From Octopus vulgaris (lineage: Eukaryota): a stretch of 64,000 bases of DNA. The notes under the pieces are model-generated. The model had not been told where the DNA came from. It worked only from the letters and a program-made list of their open reading frames with translations, and did no database searches. Of this stretch, positions 41,466 to 55,260 are shown piece by piece (the stretch's first letter is position 1; the number at the start of each line of letters is the position of its first letter). The stretch lies in contig OX597820.1 of assembly GCA_951406725.2 (NCBI GenBank), forward strand, positions 121,272,001 through 121,336,000, read 5' to 3'. Position numbers and translations under genes: made by a program.

Positions 41466-44400
41466 TTTAAAGAAAAAAGTATATATATTTCCCCCCCACC
41501 CCCACCCCAGGCGCATTACCATGTTGCTCAACGGAAATGACTGTGTAGTAAACCGGAAGTACTCAGTGACCTAAATTTCGACTGATGGTCAAACGCTGGC
41601 CATTTCGTTTTAGTCTTATAAACGTATCACTTTATTAATGATAATTATAAATTAATTTGCCATATTGATTTTATTTTTTAAAAATCACAATTTATCGATT
41701 TTATAATGAAATGTTTATGTAAAAGATTGTACATTTTTTATCTTGTTGTTGTTGGTGGTGGTGGTGGTGGTGCTGCTGCTGTTGTTGTTGTTGTTGTTGT
41801 TGTTGTTTAATGGTTTCCAAGATTGTTGCAAGCGAAGCTAAACCATTTCCACAACAGCATGGTGCCAGATTATGATGGGGGAGAGCTTTATTTATTACTC
41901 TGAAACACTGAAAGAGACCATATTCCAATTAATAATCAATCAATCAATTAATTAATTAATTAATTAATTAATTAATTAATTAATGGGCGTTGGTGAGGGA
42001 GAAATTAGAAATTAATGTTATAAAAGAAATATATGGAATATATTTCTTTTAGTTCAAATTCTACTAAGCTTAACTCCTATTAACATTCCATTCTCTGAGA
42101 ATTGGTAAAATATAGCATAGACCAGTAATATACTCGGGTCGATTCAGTGAGTGATTATTTCTTTAGACGTTGGGTGGGAACTAAAACATTTACATATTGA
42201 AGAATGACAAATACTCTTTTAGTCGTTTCTTTTTTCCTCTCAAATCTGAAAGGAAGAATTTACTTCTGAACGAAAAGGCACTGAAATAAAAAGTAACTTG
42301 TCTAAATTGGAATGTTGGGTAAAATTAGTGTGTCTATGTGCGTGTGTTTGTAGGTCTATGTGTGTGTGTGTACATCTGTTAGCTTATGTGTGTATGTGAA
42401 TATACATATAGCGTTTCACAAAGGAGGCTTGTATGTGTTTTCGCTATTTCGTGGGGTGTCGTGTCCTCACAGATTCAGGGAGTTCCTGAGAAATGTATAA
42501 TCATGAGTCTGTTGGTATGTCCATGTAGTCGTGAATGTGCAACAAATTGTGCGTATAAATGGGTGTACACTCTATGCAAACGGGGGAATGTGTGTGCATA
42601 CATGTGGCCACATATATATAGGAAGGTGTGTGTCAGTCAGTCAGTCTACCTGTGGAAATTTTAAGGAGATTATTAACGTCTTTAAGTTTCTGAAAATCGA
42701 GTTGCATCGACTACCTTTCGTTACATTTGCTTATATTTAGCACATTGTCATTGTTGTACTTGTTATTGTCATTTATTGGTGTTACAGCTGTGATTGCAAT
42801 GTTGGTTATTGATTTGTTGGTTGTTGCTATGGTAGTAGGGATGGTCGTGGTTTTCGTGCTAATTGCAGTGATGGGAGGGGTGAGGGTGAAATGGTAGTGT
42901 AAGAATGCCATATTCATAGTAAGCGTTTAGTGTGGACGATGTTTGTTTTTGACGATGGAATACCAACAGAGCTATCTATACGGTTATATCTAGCTATGCT
43001 TCTATATTATCAAAACTATATAGCTATGCTATATACAAATACCTATTTGTACTACTATAGTTGACTATACTCCTATATCTATCTATACTTTTGCTTGTGA
43101 CAAAAGCAACGGCTGAATTGTATTGTGAATTCCTGTGCTCAACAAATTTGGATTTTAGATGTATGTTGGTTGTTGTGCAATTACTTGAAAATAAAATCCA
43201 TGTTCCACTCAGCAGAAACATAGATCCGAAAAATTATTGGTAAACCAGAACTGTTAGGCTTCTAATATAGCACAGCAGATGCTAAGATAAAATTACAAAT
43301 ACAAACAATTGGCATTTGGATAGTCTTAATCCGACGTTCGTAGCTTTGGGGTGACTTAAAGAAGTTTAGTTCTGTTGCATGTTTTCTCTCCGGGTGTTCA
43401 GTTTGGGGGAATCTTTTTACCTTCCTATCAATGTCACAGACCCCCCAAAAAAAACAGTCGGCCATGGACGTTGTTCTTTCTTTTCTGACTAAACGTTTTT
43501 GTTCTTTGTTTACTGTGTAAATTGTAATTAGGATCTGTATTAAAAAAGCAAATTCCGGAGTTCATATCTGGTTTAATTCATTGAACTATTGATCAGCTGG
43601 GATAACGCCTTCAAGAGTCTTATTTATATTAACTCCTCTACATGTATGATTTTCTTTTCATCGACATCAGAGATATAAAGTAAAATGGGCTGTAAAAAGT
43701 ACAAACCAAATAGAAAGCTATTCGTACGAAAGTCAAAAGATTCTTCCCACGAGTATTGCAATATGGCATTTCTGATATTACATCATATATTGTCATTGGA
43801 TTATATCGACGATCTATTTTTTATTTGAAAATATCTAATGATAGAGGACCTCCATTACTGCATCAAATCAATGAAATATAATGTGACAAACATGATAGAA
43901 AAAAAGAGCGAAAAAAACCCGAGAAAACAGGACTTGAACTCATCATCTCGGGATATAAAGAACAATTCTTTATCTCTTAGTCGTGTTTTCATCGACGCTT
44001 TTTATAAAAAGCTGGAAGATAGTGAATTCTAAAAGTGACAGCGCATTTATGACAAGTGTTTTAAACCCTGAAGCTATTCACTAGGTATGCTAGAAAGTGC
44101 AGCCAAAACCCTTGTAAGATATTCATAGCTGTAATAAAACTGGTCATAACGGATAATGTGATCTTATATAAGATATTTCTGAGAACACAATATGTTCTCG
44201 GCTATAATTTTTGCCTTTATACATCTGTCATCAGTTTACTTGAGAACTAAACAACAACCACATCTACAGCGTCAACATCGTCATTCCTTCCTTAACGTGA
44301 GTTATAAATTTCGATAATCTGCTTCATGCATTTTGCGATCATAAAGCTGGATGATCATTTTCTTTCCTTTGAAGGACATACAATAAATCTCGTAAGGGAA

Positions 44401-45311
44401 GGTTGTAGGGTTACAACAAAGAAGAGAGTTCTAAACCTGTTCTGGGTCTCTTTTTATCCAGTTCGGCGCAGCATGAAAACATGGAATCAAGCAAACTTTG
44501 TTATTATTTTTGTCATATTATTAACCTTTCATCATAAATTCCAGTCATTGGATGGTATCCATGCTGGAGCATGATTCTGATGGATTTAGTCAAATAAATA
44601 GACACCAGCCTTACTTTTCTTTAACGTTCCATCGGTTACATTTGACAAACCGCTATACAGCCGGGGACATTCACAAACTGATTGTCAAGCGGTAGTGGAC
44701 AAATACAAACACACAGCTGCGCACGTCAAAACAGGAAATGGAAAATTGTTGCTACATTTTATTCAACAGGAATTTTCCATTCCCTTGTTTGATATTGTTA
44801 CTCCAAAGAAAATATTTTCCAATACTTTTAACTCTTACACATAACTCACACGAATATAACATCCACACAAGGTTTTATGGCACGGAAATATGCAGAAGTT
44901 ACTTCAAGAGGAATTTGTTTGACTTCTAACCCTATTTATATAATATATGTTTGGATGTGGGCTTTGCATGTGTGCGTATGTATGTGTATACGCGTGTATG
45001 CATGTATGTATGTATGTATGTATGTATGTATGTATGTATGTATATATATATATACTCTTTTATATATATATATATAAATGTTTGTTTTTAATCTTTAGTT
45101 ATAATAAAACTAATTTTACATTAATATGGTGGGTTACTGTACACTTTTGCAGAGTTCATATTTATTATATTTATACAATAATGTTTTTGAGAGTGACTTC
45201 GAAGTTACGACCAGCTAAACTTGCAAGGTACTCTCAACAGCATTTTTGTATAAGATTGATAAATTGATGTGTGTGTGTGTGTATGTCTGTGTGCGCGCGT
45301 GTGTTTTTATA

Positions 45312-46157
45312 CCTGGTCTGAACTACACGTATCTGGACTGTTACCATAGTAATGAAGCTAAAGTAAGCAGAGTGAAGCCGCTAGGCAAAAATTACCTCTA
45401 AAATCTGCTGTACATGCGTACTAAGATTTAACGTTTTAGCTCACTTCCTCTGTTTACAGCAGTGCTTGGAAGGAAAGTGTGTAGCGCGTGATCGTCGTAT
45501 TGACCACATAACAGAGGAAGTTGTCATGGCGATACCTGCGCAGAGGCCAACGCAAAGTTGCAGAAAATGTATGGAGTGGAGTGTATGAGCGGCACACAAG
45601 CGTACGAGTGATTCAAACGTTTCCAAAATGGCCGAAAAATATCGATATTTACGAATGTTCTGGGAGATCCCAAATCAGCAGAACTGAGAAAATCATCGCA
45701 GCTGTGAGGGAAAATCGTCGGATCACCATCCGTCAGTTATCAGAAGATGTGCAGATTAGTTACGGTTCAGTTCAGTCCATGATCGCTGAAGATTTGGGTA
45801 CGAGACGCGTGTCGGTCAAGTTTGTGCCAAAACTGCTTTCAGCTGATCAAAAAGACACCCGAGTTTCAGTTGCATAAGATATTGATTGCGTAGGCCCCGA
45901 GCAGGTATCGCCAAGATTTTGGCAAAAATCGATGCAGATTCTCTGCTCTACTTTCTGTATCATTGTCAATATGAAAATCATACGTTATACACCTTCCTTA
46001 GAAGCACTGCTGTAAACAATAGAAATGAACTAGGACGTTAAAACTTTGTGCACATGCACAACAGAGTTAAAGCTAAATCTGTGCCCAGCGGCTTTACTCT
46101 GAGTGCTCTACATTCGTTACTATAGCAACGGTCCCGTTACTTATTGATCATACAACG
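45312..46157 (+). mobile_element. Internally deleted mariner element with long diverged TIRs
   Basis: TA flanks; ~80-bp imperfect inverted ends; SGRSQISRTEKIIAAVRENRRITIRQLSEDVQISYGSVQSMIAEDLGTRRVSVKFVPKLL (HTH plus WVPREL-like motif). Confidence 0.85.
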
Positions 46158-46171
46158 TATGTATGTATGTA

Positions 46172-46724
46172 TGACACATGGGAAGGCATAGCTATTGATC
46201 GTTGCAGGTGGAGAAGGATTGTGCACGAGCGGACAGCTACTTTTGAGAAATCTAGAGATGCACATGAGAAAGTAAGGAGGGATGTCAGGAAGGACATCGC
46301 TGTTACACTTCCTGATGGGAAGGGTCTTCCTATGATGCTGACATGCAGTGTCTGTGCAAGACCCTGCCTCAGTAAAGCTGGACTCAAGAATCATCTTCGT
46401 AGTCATAAAGCGATACAGATGAGTGACAACCTGGCACCTGGTGGTGGTGTAACACACCATACTAATCATATCTGTCGGGCATGTGGAAGACAGTGTAATT
46501 CGGCAGGAGGACTTAAACGACATGCAAAGGTACATGAAGCCCAGTTACAACTACAGCCGGCTATTACCGGTAAAGGTTTTCGTTGCCAATTCTGTACAAG
46601 ACATTGTAGATCTTTAGCTGGGCTAAAAAGTCACATTCTATCACAGCACCAATAAAAGTTAAGCTTCGTGCAATGGCCATACTCGATAACTAGGGGGCAG
46701 CCATCATGTATGTATGTATGTATG
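46172..46724 (+). mobile_element. RTE-clade LINE extreme 3' fragment encoding three C2H2 zinc fingers, short 3' UTR, (TATG)n tail
   Basis: DTWEGIAIDRCRWR..CSVCARPCLSKAGLKNHLRSH..CRACGRQCNSAGGLKRHAKVH..CQFCTRHCRSLAGLKSHILSQH*. Confidence 0.85.
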
Positions 46725-47005
46725 TTTGATCTTGAAATATTGGAAGGCTATCGGTGTGAAAGTATAGAAGCTCTTGTGTTAAAGCAAAGACTCAGATGGA
46801 GTGGTCATCTGGTCAGGATGAAGGATTCAAGGATGCCAAAACAACTATTTTATGGAGAGTTAGCTAAAGGAGAACGAACTCCACATAAACCAAAAAAGAG
46901 GTATAAGGACTTGCTGAAGGCTTCCTTAAGAGATGCTTGCAGCTCTCCTGACACATGGCCATACTCGAAAACGTGGGGGCAGCCATCATCATGTATGTAT
47001 GTATG
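46725..47005 (+). mobile_element. RTE-clade LINE fragment (segment upstream of the previous one) joined directly to the 3' UTR
   Basis: SIEALVLKQRLRWSGHLVRMKDSRMPKQLFYGEL..PKKRYKDLLKASL..SPDTW, then CCATACTCG..GGGGGCAGCCATCAT(TATG)n. Confidence 0.85.
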
Positions 47006-48220
47006 AATGTATATCAGAATGTGAAGATTACCTGGAGACAGAAGCACGTTATAAAATCGTTCCTAAGTAAGCGTCTTAATGACAAGTACCTGTTTGTTGC
47101 GCCTGTTGTGATACAGAAGTTACATTAAATGGTAACTTAGACTGGATTAGATATGTTTTGCTTATTATACCTCAAAAGAAAAGTAACATATACATGTGTG
47201 TGCGCATGCGTGTATGTGTTTGTATACGACAGGCTTCCGCACAATTTTCCTCTACCATATTCACTCTCACAAATCATTGGCTAATCTGTATCTGTAGTAG
47301 AAGACGCTTGCCTAAGCTATCACGTGGTGAGACTGAACCCAGAACGACGGGATTTCGAAAACGAAGGTCGTAATCACACGGCCATGTCTATCTAGGAATC
47401 AACCCTCACACTCGGCGCTTATTGTAATTCATGTGGTGGGAGTTATTGCCATTGTCTCCGTCGTCGTTCGCCGTCATCTCGTCGTCATCATCGTCGTTGC
47501 TGTCAGCAGTCATCATCATGGTCTTCATCAGCCGTAGTTTGACTTTATCTTTCAAGAGAAATATCTAAGTTTCTGAAATAACCTACACGAAAGAATTTAA
47601 AACCGTACCTTGTAAGTTGATGGGATTAAATTAAGAAGGGCTTACTTATTCCCATATATTGTTGTGTCGTGTGCGTCGTGTGTGTATGTGTGTGTGTGTG
47701 TGTGTACCTCTTTATTTGAAGATAATTGCTTTAATTCGTAATTTTGAAAGAGAAGGCGGTTTATTTACACCCATCTTCTTTTCTTGGATCTAATTAGTGT
47801 TTATAAACGACAAAAGCCACGGTCAAACACCATCTTTTGTTCGGGATATTATTTATGTCAGTTAAGCTAACCCAAATATCTTTAGGGGGCTGATAGTATT
47901 AGGGATCGGGGGTGCGAGCAGCAATCCTGATTAACACAGTTTTGTTACGATCTCTATACAAACACACACATACACACACACACGCACACACACACACACA
48001 CATACACACACACACTCGCATAGACACACAGACAAATACACACCATTTATATCAGTTAAGCTAACCCAAATACCCATAAGAAATTGATGGGAGTGTTAGC
48101 GGGGATGTTAGCTGGTAGGGTCAAGAAGCATAATTAAAAGTTTCGTTATCTCTTGCACTCCGTGTGTGTATGTGTGTGTTTGTGTCACTCTCTATATATG
48201 CATGCCTGTATATGTGTATG

Positions 48221-48273
<53 letters not shown>

Positions 48274-48319
48274 TGTCTCTCTATATACATGCATGTATAT
48301 ATAGGGAGAGACACACACA

Positions 48320-48495
48320 AAACACAGAGGTTTCTTTTTTTTATCCCCTCTCTATTTATTTTATTGTGTTCCTCTCTATGGAAGGGCGTAGGCTCGAAAC
48401 GGAAGAAGCACCTTCCCGAGCGTTAAACTAATACACCTTTTTGTTATTTACACACCTACCTTCGTCTTCTGTTTTTTGTAGATTCCAGCTAATAC
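48320..48495 (+). mobile_element. Short hammerhead-family element, degenerate copy (motif 48372-48408)
   Basis: CUCU-CUAUGGA-A-GGGC-GUAG-GCUC-GAAA-CGGA; homologous to 50187-50390. Confidence 0.6.
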
Positions 48496-48527
<32 letters not shown>

Positions 48528-48528
48528 A

Positions 48529-50127
48529 TAGGCATACCTTACCCTACATTGTTAATTGGTTCCAGGAGACACGACTTGAACCGAATGAATTCGTCTCTAG
48601 TCTAGTCTAGGCCGGATCTACTTGTCTCTAAGCCATACCGATAATAACTATTCCGGTTTTGTACTTTATTTCTGAATGCATTTTCAGTAATACATGGTTA
48701 ATAAAAACGTATTTTAAGCTTACAGATAAATAATTAAAAAAAAAATTTTCTAATACAGTACAGTAGCAAAAAGAGTCATCTAAATTTACAAATACAATTT
48801 GGCGCTGTTTACCGTACATCGCGGACGCTTTATTTATGAATGCGGTTTGCAGGAAGACATGGTAAAACAAAAGCCTTTTTTAAGCTTAAAAAATAAATTC
48901 CGTAAATATTATTTTGTAACAGTAAAAAAAAACAACACTACATTATTTTAGATTTACCAATACCTACATACAATTTGGTGATTTACATCGCAGATGTAGA
49001 GGACTGTGGATCGTCAACATCAACAGCTGACACTGACTGTTCTTGTTGGTCGATGCGCTTAAAAAACCGGTTGAGAGTTCCTTGAACTCTCTTCTTTCAC
49101 TCAAGGATTACCTTATAGGGAGAAAAAGCTTTGTGACAGGCCTGCATAATCTTGGAAAGCGTTGAGCATTTGGATTCATATCCTCGAACACGAAAGACCT
49201 TTTTCGATATGTGCAGCATTTTTTAATGGTAAAGTGATGTGGCTCAGGTTCGACTTTCTGTTCTTCTTTATTTTTCTGTTCGGGAAGTTCTATCAAATCC
49301 TCATTCGTCAGGGGCTGCTTGCCTTTTTCAGATAAATCTATGAAATCCACCTCCTCCAAATCCATTTCCAGTTCTTTGCTCATAGTCACCAAGTTTTTGT
49401 TGATGGCAACATTATCAAACCCTTTAAAATCATTCACGAATTTCAGGCAGAGATTCTTCCATACACCATTCATAGCCGTGCTCTGTACATCATTCCATGC
49501 CGCTGCTATGTTCTGTACAGCCTTGTAGATATCGTATCTCTTCCACAAGTCACGAAGTGTGATGGATTCATCAAGATCAGTGGCAGTTATTGCTTTCGTA
49601 CGCTTCATATAGAAACGCTTGAAGATAGCAATTATTTCACTATGAATTTTCTTAGGAGCCATGAGGGCAAAAAATGAAGTGAGAAATAAATAAAAATAAG
49701 AAAGTAGCCGATAAACAGACGAAAATAAATTTGAATTCAAAACAATCGCGCGAATCACGAGTAACAACGACGCCTAACGGTAAATATTGGAACTACAGTG
49801 CAATGTGATCTCCAAAAGACCAATAAATAAGACAACACTGCTGATTTCATGATTTCGTTCACTAAGCTACACTACTTTATGGTGTGTGTCTTAACATTTA
49901 CAGTACGTATTTTAATGATTTTATTCTTATTTATTGTACCGTAACATGATATTATGTGTTTTTTACGGTTTTCTAGTGAGTTTATGATTCCAATATTTGT
50001 GGCGGAGAGACGTAAACTCAAGTAAAATGACTTTAGTTGATATTTATTTTTCCAAAGATTGTTTTTGAAAACCGACGTATAATCGAAAACGATTTAAATT
50101 GAAACGACTTAACCCTAAGTATGCCAG
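48529..50127 (-). mobile_element. Tigger/pogo-like DNA transposon, internally deleted
   Basis: Ends TAGGCATACC / GTATGCCAG resemble the Tigger1 TIR CAGGCATACC; MAPKK fused to IIAIFKRFY..LRDLWKRYDIYKAVQNIAAAWNDV..MNGVWKNL..PLTNEDLIEL (TIGD1-like C-terminus). Confidence 0.85.
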
Positions 50128-50128
50128 C

Positions 50129-50163
<35 letters not shown>

Positions 50164-50186
50164 TATATATATATATATATATATAT

Positions 50187-50390
50187 ACGCCATGATAGAT
50201 CGTTAGCCACTACACACATTTTTCTCGCCTTGTTTCCCTCCTTTTTTCTGTGTCCCTTTCTGTAGAAGAGCGTAGGCTCGAAACGTAAAATACTTTTACT
50301 ATTCCTGAGCGTTATACTTATACATCTGTTTGTTTTGTACACCACCTGTTTTCGTCTGTTGTTGTTTCTTTCGTAAATTCTCCCTACATA
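50187..50390 (+). mobile_element. Short (TA)n-flanked hammerhead-family element (motif 50257-50290)
   Basis: UUU-CUGUAGA-A-GAGC-GUAG-GCUC-GAAA-CGU-A-AAA, then UUCCUGAGCGU. Confidence 0.72.
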
Positions 50391-50721
50391 TATATATATG
50401 TATATATGAGTATTTGTACTATCTATATGTATACAGTTAATTGCATACATACGTATGTGTGTATGTGTGAAATATATGCAAGAGTGTGTATATCTTTATA
50501 TTCTACATACACAGGGTTCTCGGATTAAATTTCATGACTTTTATGTCTCCTCTTTTTCAGAAACAACGTGTTGCATTGGTGAACTCTCAACAGCGTGATA
50601 AAGAATAAAGATGAAAGACGTATTTGAGGAAATGTTAGCTGATGTAGAGGACTGGAAACCATCCGACCATAGGAAAATAGTTACCTGCATCATGATGACT
50701 CATGCCGGGTGCCATAATACC

Positions 50722-50938
50722 TATTTCTTTATTACCTACAAGGGGCTAAAGACATAGGACAGACATAGGTATTAAGTCGATTACATCGACCCCAGTGCGT
50801 AACTGGTACTTAATTTATCGACCTCGAAAGGATGAAAGGCAAAGTCGACCTCGGCGGAATTTGAACTCAGAACGTAACGACAGACGAAATACGGCTACGC
50901 ATTTCGCCCGGCGTGCTAGCGTCTCTGCCAGCTCGCCT
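50722..50938 (-). mobile_element. SINE family B, full length, with ~10-bp TSD
   Basis: CCATAATACC at 50712-50721 and 50939-50948. Confidence 0.9.
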
Positions 50939-51529
50939 CCATAATACCGACTCCATAAGTTCTGCTCACAGCACGTGGAGCACTGCAAAGGTTATAAGAC
51001 GTGACAAGGACTACCGTCACGGAAGCCATGTCAAGTTAGACGAGACACAACAAGCGTTCTGAGTGTGACGTCATGCCATTCAGCACCTTCGGGATGAGTA
51101 TTATGCTCAATTCATACGGTTACGTGAAGCTGTTTGAGACTGGTCAATACGTGACTAAAGAGGGTTACCGTTGAAAGGCGATTTGCGAGGCAGCAGGATT
51201 CGGTTTCTTGTAATATAACCGGAAAATATCAGAAGTGGTTGTTGGAAAATATCTACGACTACATTAGCCCCAATTTCCGGTTTCCCAATTCTCCCAATTT
51301 TAACCAATTAAATCCCACTGTTCTATAAATAGGACAATAAATGAGAACATTAAATAAGCTATATCACATTGTCTCTATAGGACACCGAGGGTTTTCATTT
51401 CTACTTGGAGTAAAGGTGTTTTAATAATATTTTTTTTTTCATTTTAATCTATTTTCAACCATGTGTAAAAATTTGAAAGTAATATTCAGAAATATAAGTA
51501 CTCTGGGACTTAATGGGTTAATCAGAAGC

Positions 51530-51770
51530 ATTATTGTGTGTGGGCTGAATTGGGAGAAACATCAGCTATCCAGCTTGCAACACCAAACCTGAGCTGGAGA
51601 TGGAGACTAACCTCAAGAAGGTGTTCGGTGATCTTCCTTCAGACATAGTGATGAATGCAGGCGCCAGCTTCTGAAATCGTCCTGACGTCGTAGTGGGAGC
51701 CGGGGACAGGCACGTTGATTCAGGTGTCATTTCCTAGTTTCCTTTCGTGGAAACTGTCAAATAAATACCT
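51530..51770 (+). mobile_element. Tc1/mariner-type transposase C-terminal remnant (possible 5' part at ~50510-51010)
   Basis: YCVWAEL..NLKKVFGDLPSDIVMNAGASF*NRPDVVVGAGDRH resembles the F..LP...V.NAC.SF..RL..VV.A.GGH tail. Confidence 0.55.
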
Positions 51771-52719
51771 ACCTACCTACCTAAATACATACACACACAC
51801 ATATATCGATACATACATACATACATACATACATACATACATACATACATACATACATACATACATGCATGCATGCATACATACATGCATGCATGCATAC
51901 ATACATACATACATACATAATTATGTATATATATATATATATGCGTGTGCGTATGCATGTATGCATATATGCATGCATGTTTATATATATATATATTGTC
52001 TTATATATAGTTACATAGAGATAGAGGAAAATAGGTATTTCGATAAATACATTAAAAAAGGAGCATGTTCATTAAATATACTAAGGGACATAACTCGAAT
52101 GGGCCAATGTCATGAATGTTAAGAGATAATATATTGACCCTGCCAAGTCTCGGCCACATGAAATCTCTATATTAGAGAAATTGAACCAGAACAAAGAAAT
52201 ATCTTTAGCGCCGCAGAATGAGAAGGGGAGATAATTTGAAGAAAAATTTCAACCATATTTTCAGCCAAGGAAAAAATAAAAAATAAAATACAGAAACGGT
52301 TTCTTTCGTATTTGAGCTCAGCAACTTAACATGTACAAATAAAATATGGTTGGATTTTTTGGCAGAAGATTTAGCTAATGGAAATATTTAAATGAGATTT
52401 TTTAATTTTTTTAATCAGAATTAACTTTCGTAATTAAACATAAATTATGTTAAAGATTACTACTGCATATGCTTTCAATTGTAAACAGCTTTCATCCTCT
52501 CACATGGAATTAGAATATTTTGGCGTTGGATTTCTCTTGCATATAGAAAGAGGAAAGATACTTAGAGGAAATTATACAAATCATTGTTGATGCATTTTAA
52601 CACGAGACGAACAGATTTACAAATTATTGGTAAGGCATATACAATACTTAATAGGCATTAGAATATCTACTGGGCCAGTGAAGAGCTGTATCGATGTTTC
52701 GAACTCGTGCAAGTAATAT

Positions 52720-52745
52720 TAATTAATAATAATAATAATAATAAC

Positions 52746-52783
<38 letters not shown>

Positions 52784-52823
52784 TAATAATGATAATAATA
52801 ATAATAAAAATAATAATAATAAT

Positions 52824-52867
<44 letters not shown>

Positions 52868-52991
52868 TAATAATGATAATAATAATATTAATAATAATAA
52901 TAATAATAATATTAATAATAATAATATTAATGATAATAATAATAAGGATAATAATAATAATGATAATAATGATAATAATAATAATAATAAT

Positions 52992-53065
<74 letters not shown>

Positions 53066-53119
53066 TAATAATGATGATAATAACAATAATAATAAAAATA
53101 ATAATAATAATATTAATAA

Positions 53120-53151
<32 letters not shown>

Positions 53152-53270
53152 ATAAGAATGATAATAATAATATTAATAATAATAATAATATTAATAATAA
53201 TAATATTAATGATAATAATAATAAGGATAATAATAATAATGATAATAATGATAATAATAATAATAATAAT

Positions 53271-53335
<65 letters not shown>

Positions 53336-53389
53336 TAATAATGATAATAATAACAATAATAATAAAAATAATAATAATAATATTAATAA

Positions 53390-53421
<32 letters not shown>

Positions 53422-53441
53422 ATAATAATGATAATAATAAT

Positions 53442-53472
<31 letters not shown>

Positions 53473-53546
53473 ATAATAATAATATTAATGATAACAATTA
53501 TAAGGATAATAATAATAATGATAATAATGATAATAATAATAATAAT

Positions 53547-53608
<62 letters not shown>

Positions 53609-53675
53609 TAATAATGATAATAATAACAATAATAATATTAATAATAATAATGATGATAATAATGATAATAATAAT

Positions 53676-53712
<37 letters not shown>

Positions 53713-53742
53713 TTAATAATAATAATAATGACAATAATAATG

Positions 53743-53807
<65 letters not shown>

Positions 53808-53916
53808 AATAATGATAATAATAATAATAATAACAATAATATTAATAATAATAATAATAATAACAATAATATTAATAATAATAATATTAATAATAATAAT
53901 AATGACAATAATAATG

Positions 53917-53968
<52 letters not shown>

Positions 53969-54056
53969 TAATAATAATAATAATAACAATAATATTAATA
54001 ATAATAATAATATTAATAATAATAATAATAATAATATTAATAATAATAATAATGAC

Positions 54057-54127
<71 letters not shown>

Positions 54128-54245
54128 TAATAATAATAATAATAACAATAATATTAATAATAATAATAATATTAATAATATTAATAATAATAATATTAAT
54201 AATAATAATAATAAAATTAATAAAGATGATGATGATGATAACAAA
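52720..54245. repeat. 1.5-kb (AAT)n array with ~279-bp higher-order repeat
   Basis: Rare AAGGAT interruption at ~52944, ~53223, ~53502 with the same order of neighbouring variants. Confidence 0.93.
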
Positions 54246-55129
54246 AATAGGAGATTACTTTACATAGAAAAAATGCAAGTTTCCCCAGGTGTGATATTTT
54301 AAGGAGGAAATCTTTTAACCTTTCCTGCTCTGTTGCAACATAACTGACAGGAATAATCGATTGTTAGAGAAGAGGGATTGACAAAAATGTTTATGCGTTG
54401 TCCGTTGAGGAAAGCAGGTAAATTGGTTGGCACCACATTGCCTAAAGCCACAAGCGCCCCCATTCAGCCTAACTAAATCCTGCTTGTCGTCTCATACATG
54501 GTTCCTATCGATTTTTATATCATTAAATGTGGAGCTATTCCCTCATTCAAAAGGTGACATTTTAAACATTTACAAGAAAAGAGAAACTGTTTATCAGAGC
54601 GTTGGTAAATCATGGATTTTTAAAGTTATTTTTTAAAATTTGTTGATATTTTGTTTTGGCCCGAATGACCTAAGTTTGCCGAATCCTGACGTACACTAAG
54701 TACTGACATGTCTAATTCCATCCTACATATTTTCAATCACTTGTGTGTGCGCATGTGTGTGTGTGTGTGTATGAGAGTAAGTAAGCGTATGTGTATATGT
54801 GTATATGTGCGTGTTTGTATGTACGTGTGTCTGTGCCTGTATGTATAGTTTAACTGTGTCTATTACTGACACGTGCTGCGATTTTCTGGCCCAGAAGTCT
54901 TACTAAAAAGCATAGAAAAGCAACAAAAATCTAACATGGTTTTCGATCTATTTTTATTTCTTTTATAAAACAAAATGCATGCTGCACTTTACGGTACCTA
55001 ACGGGAGCCAATGGAACGAATTTGAATATATGAAGCGCAGGTGCCATCTACAAAATAATATATGGGATATTCTCAACTGATTTATCTCCATATTGAGATG
55101 AAGATTACTGCCACGAGTCCAAGGACTAC

Positions 55130-55260
55130 AGGGGCCACTTACCCAGTTTCCACAGAATAAAAGTGAGCAACATCACAAGTTTTCCCTTTGAAAGGGGACT
55201 CCGGTCTGTCGCAGGGTGGCTCCTCCTTGCCAGCTGAGTAGACTGGAGGAACCAAACCAA
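55130..55260 (-). mobile_element. Diverged Meta-domain SINE fragment
   Basis: Minus: CCCTGCGACAGACCGGAGTCCC...GGAAACTGGGTAAGTGGCCCC. Confidence 0.5.

Noticed and set aside
43400-43640. Possible piggyBac transposase remnant on minus (INKTLEGVIPADQ; CDIDRKVK)
   Set aside because: Only two weak motifs, no TIR or TTAA found; needs BLASTx
46167-46655. Host C2H2 zinc-finger gene
   Set aside because: ATG comes from (TATG)n; preceded by the RTE W...A.DR..WR motif and followed by a LINE tail; no TGEKP linkers
52707-54302. 531-aa poly-Asn and 495-aa poly-Ile ORFs
   Set aside because: Pure (AAT)n translation
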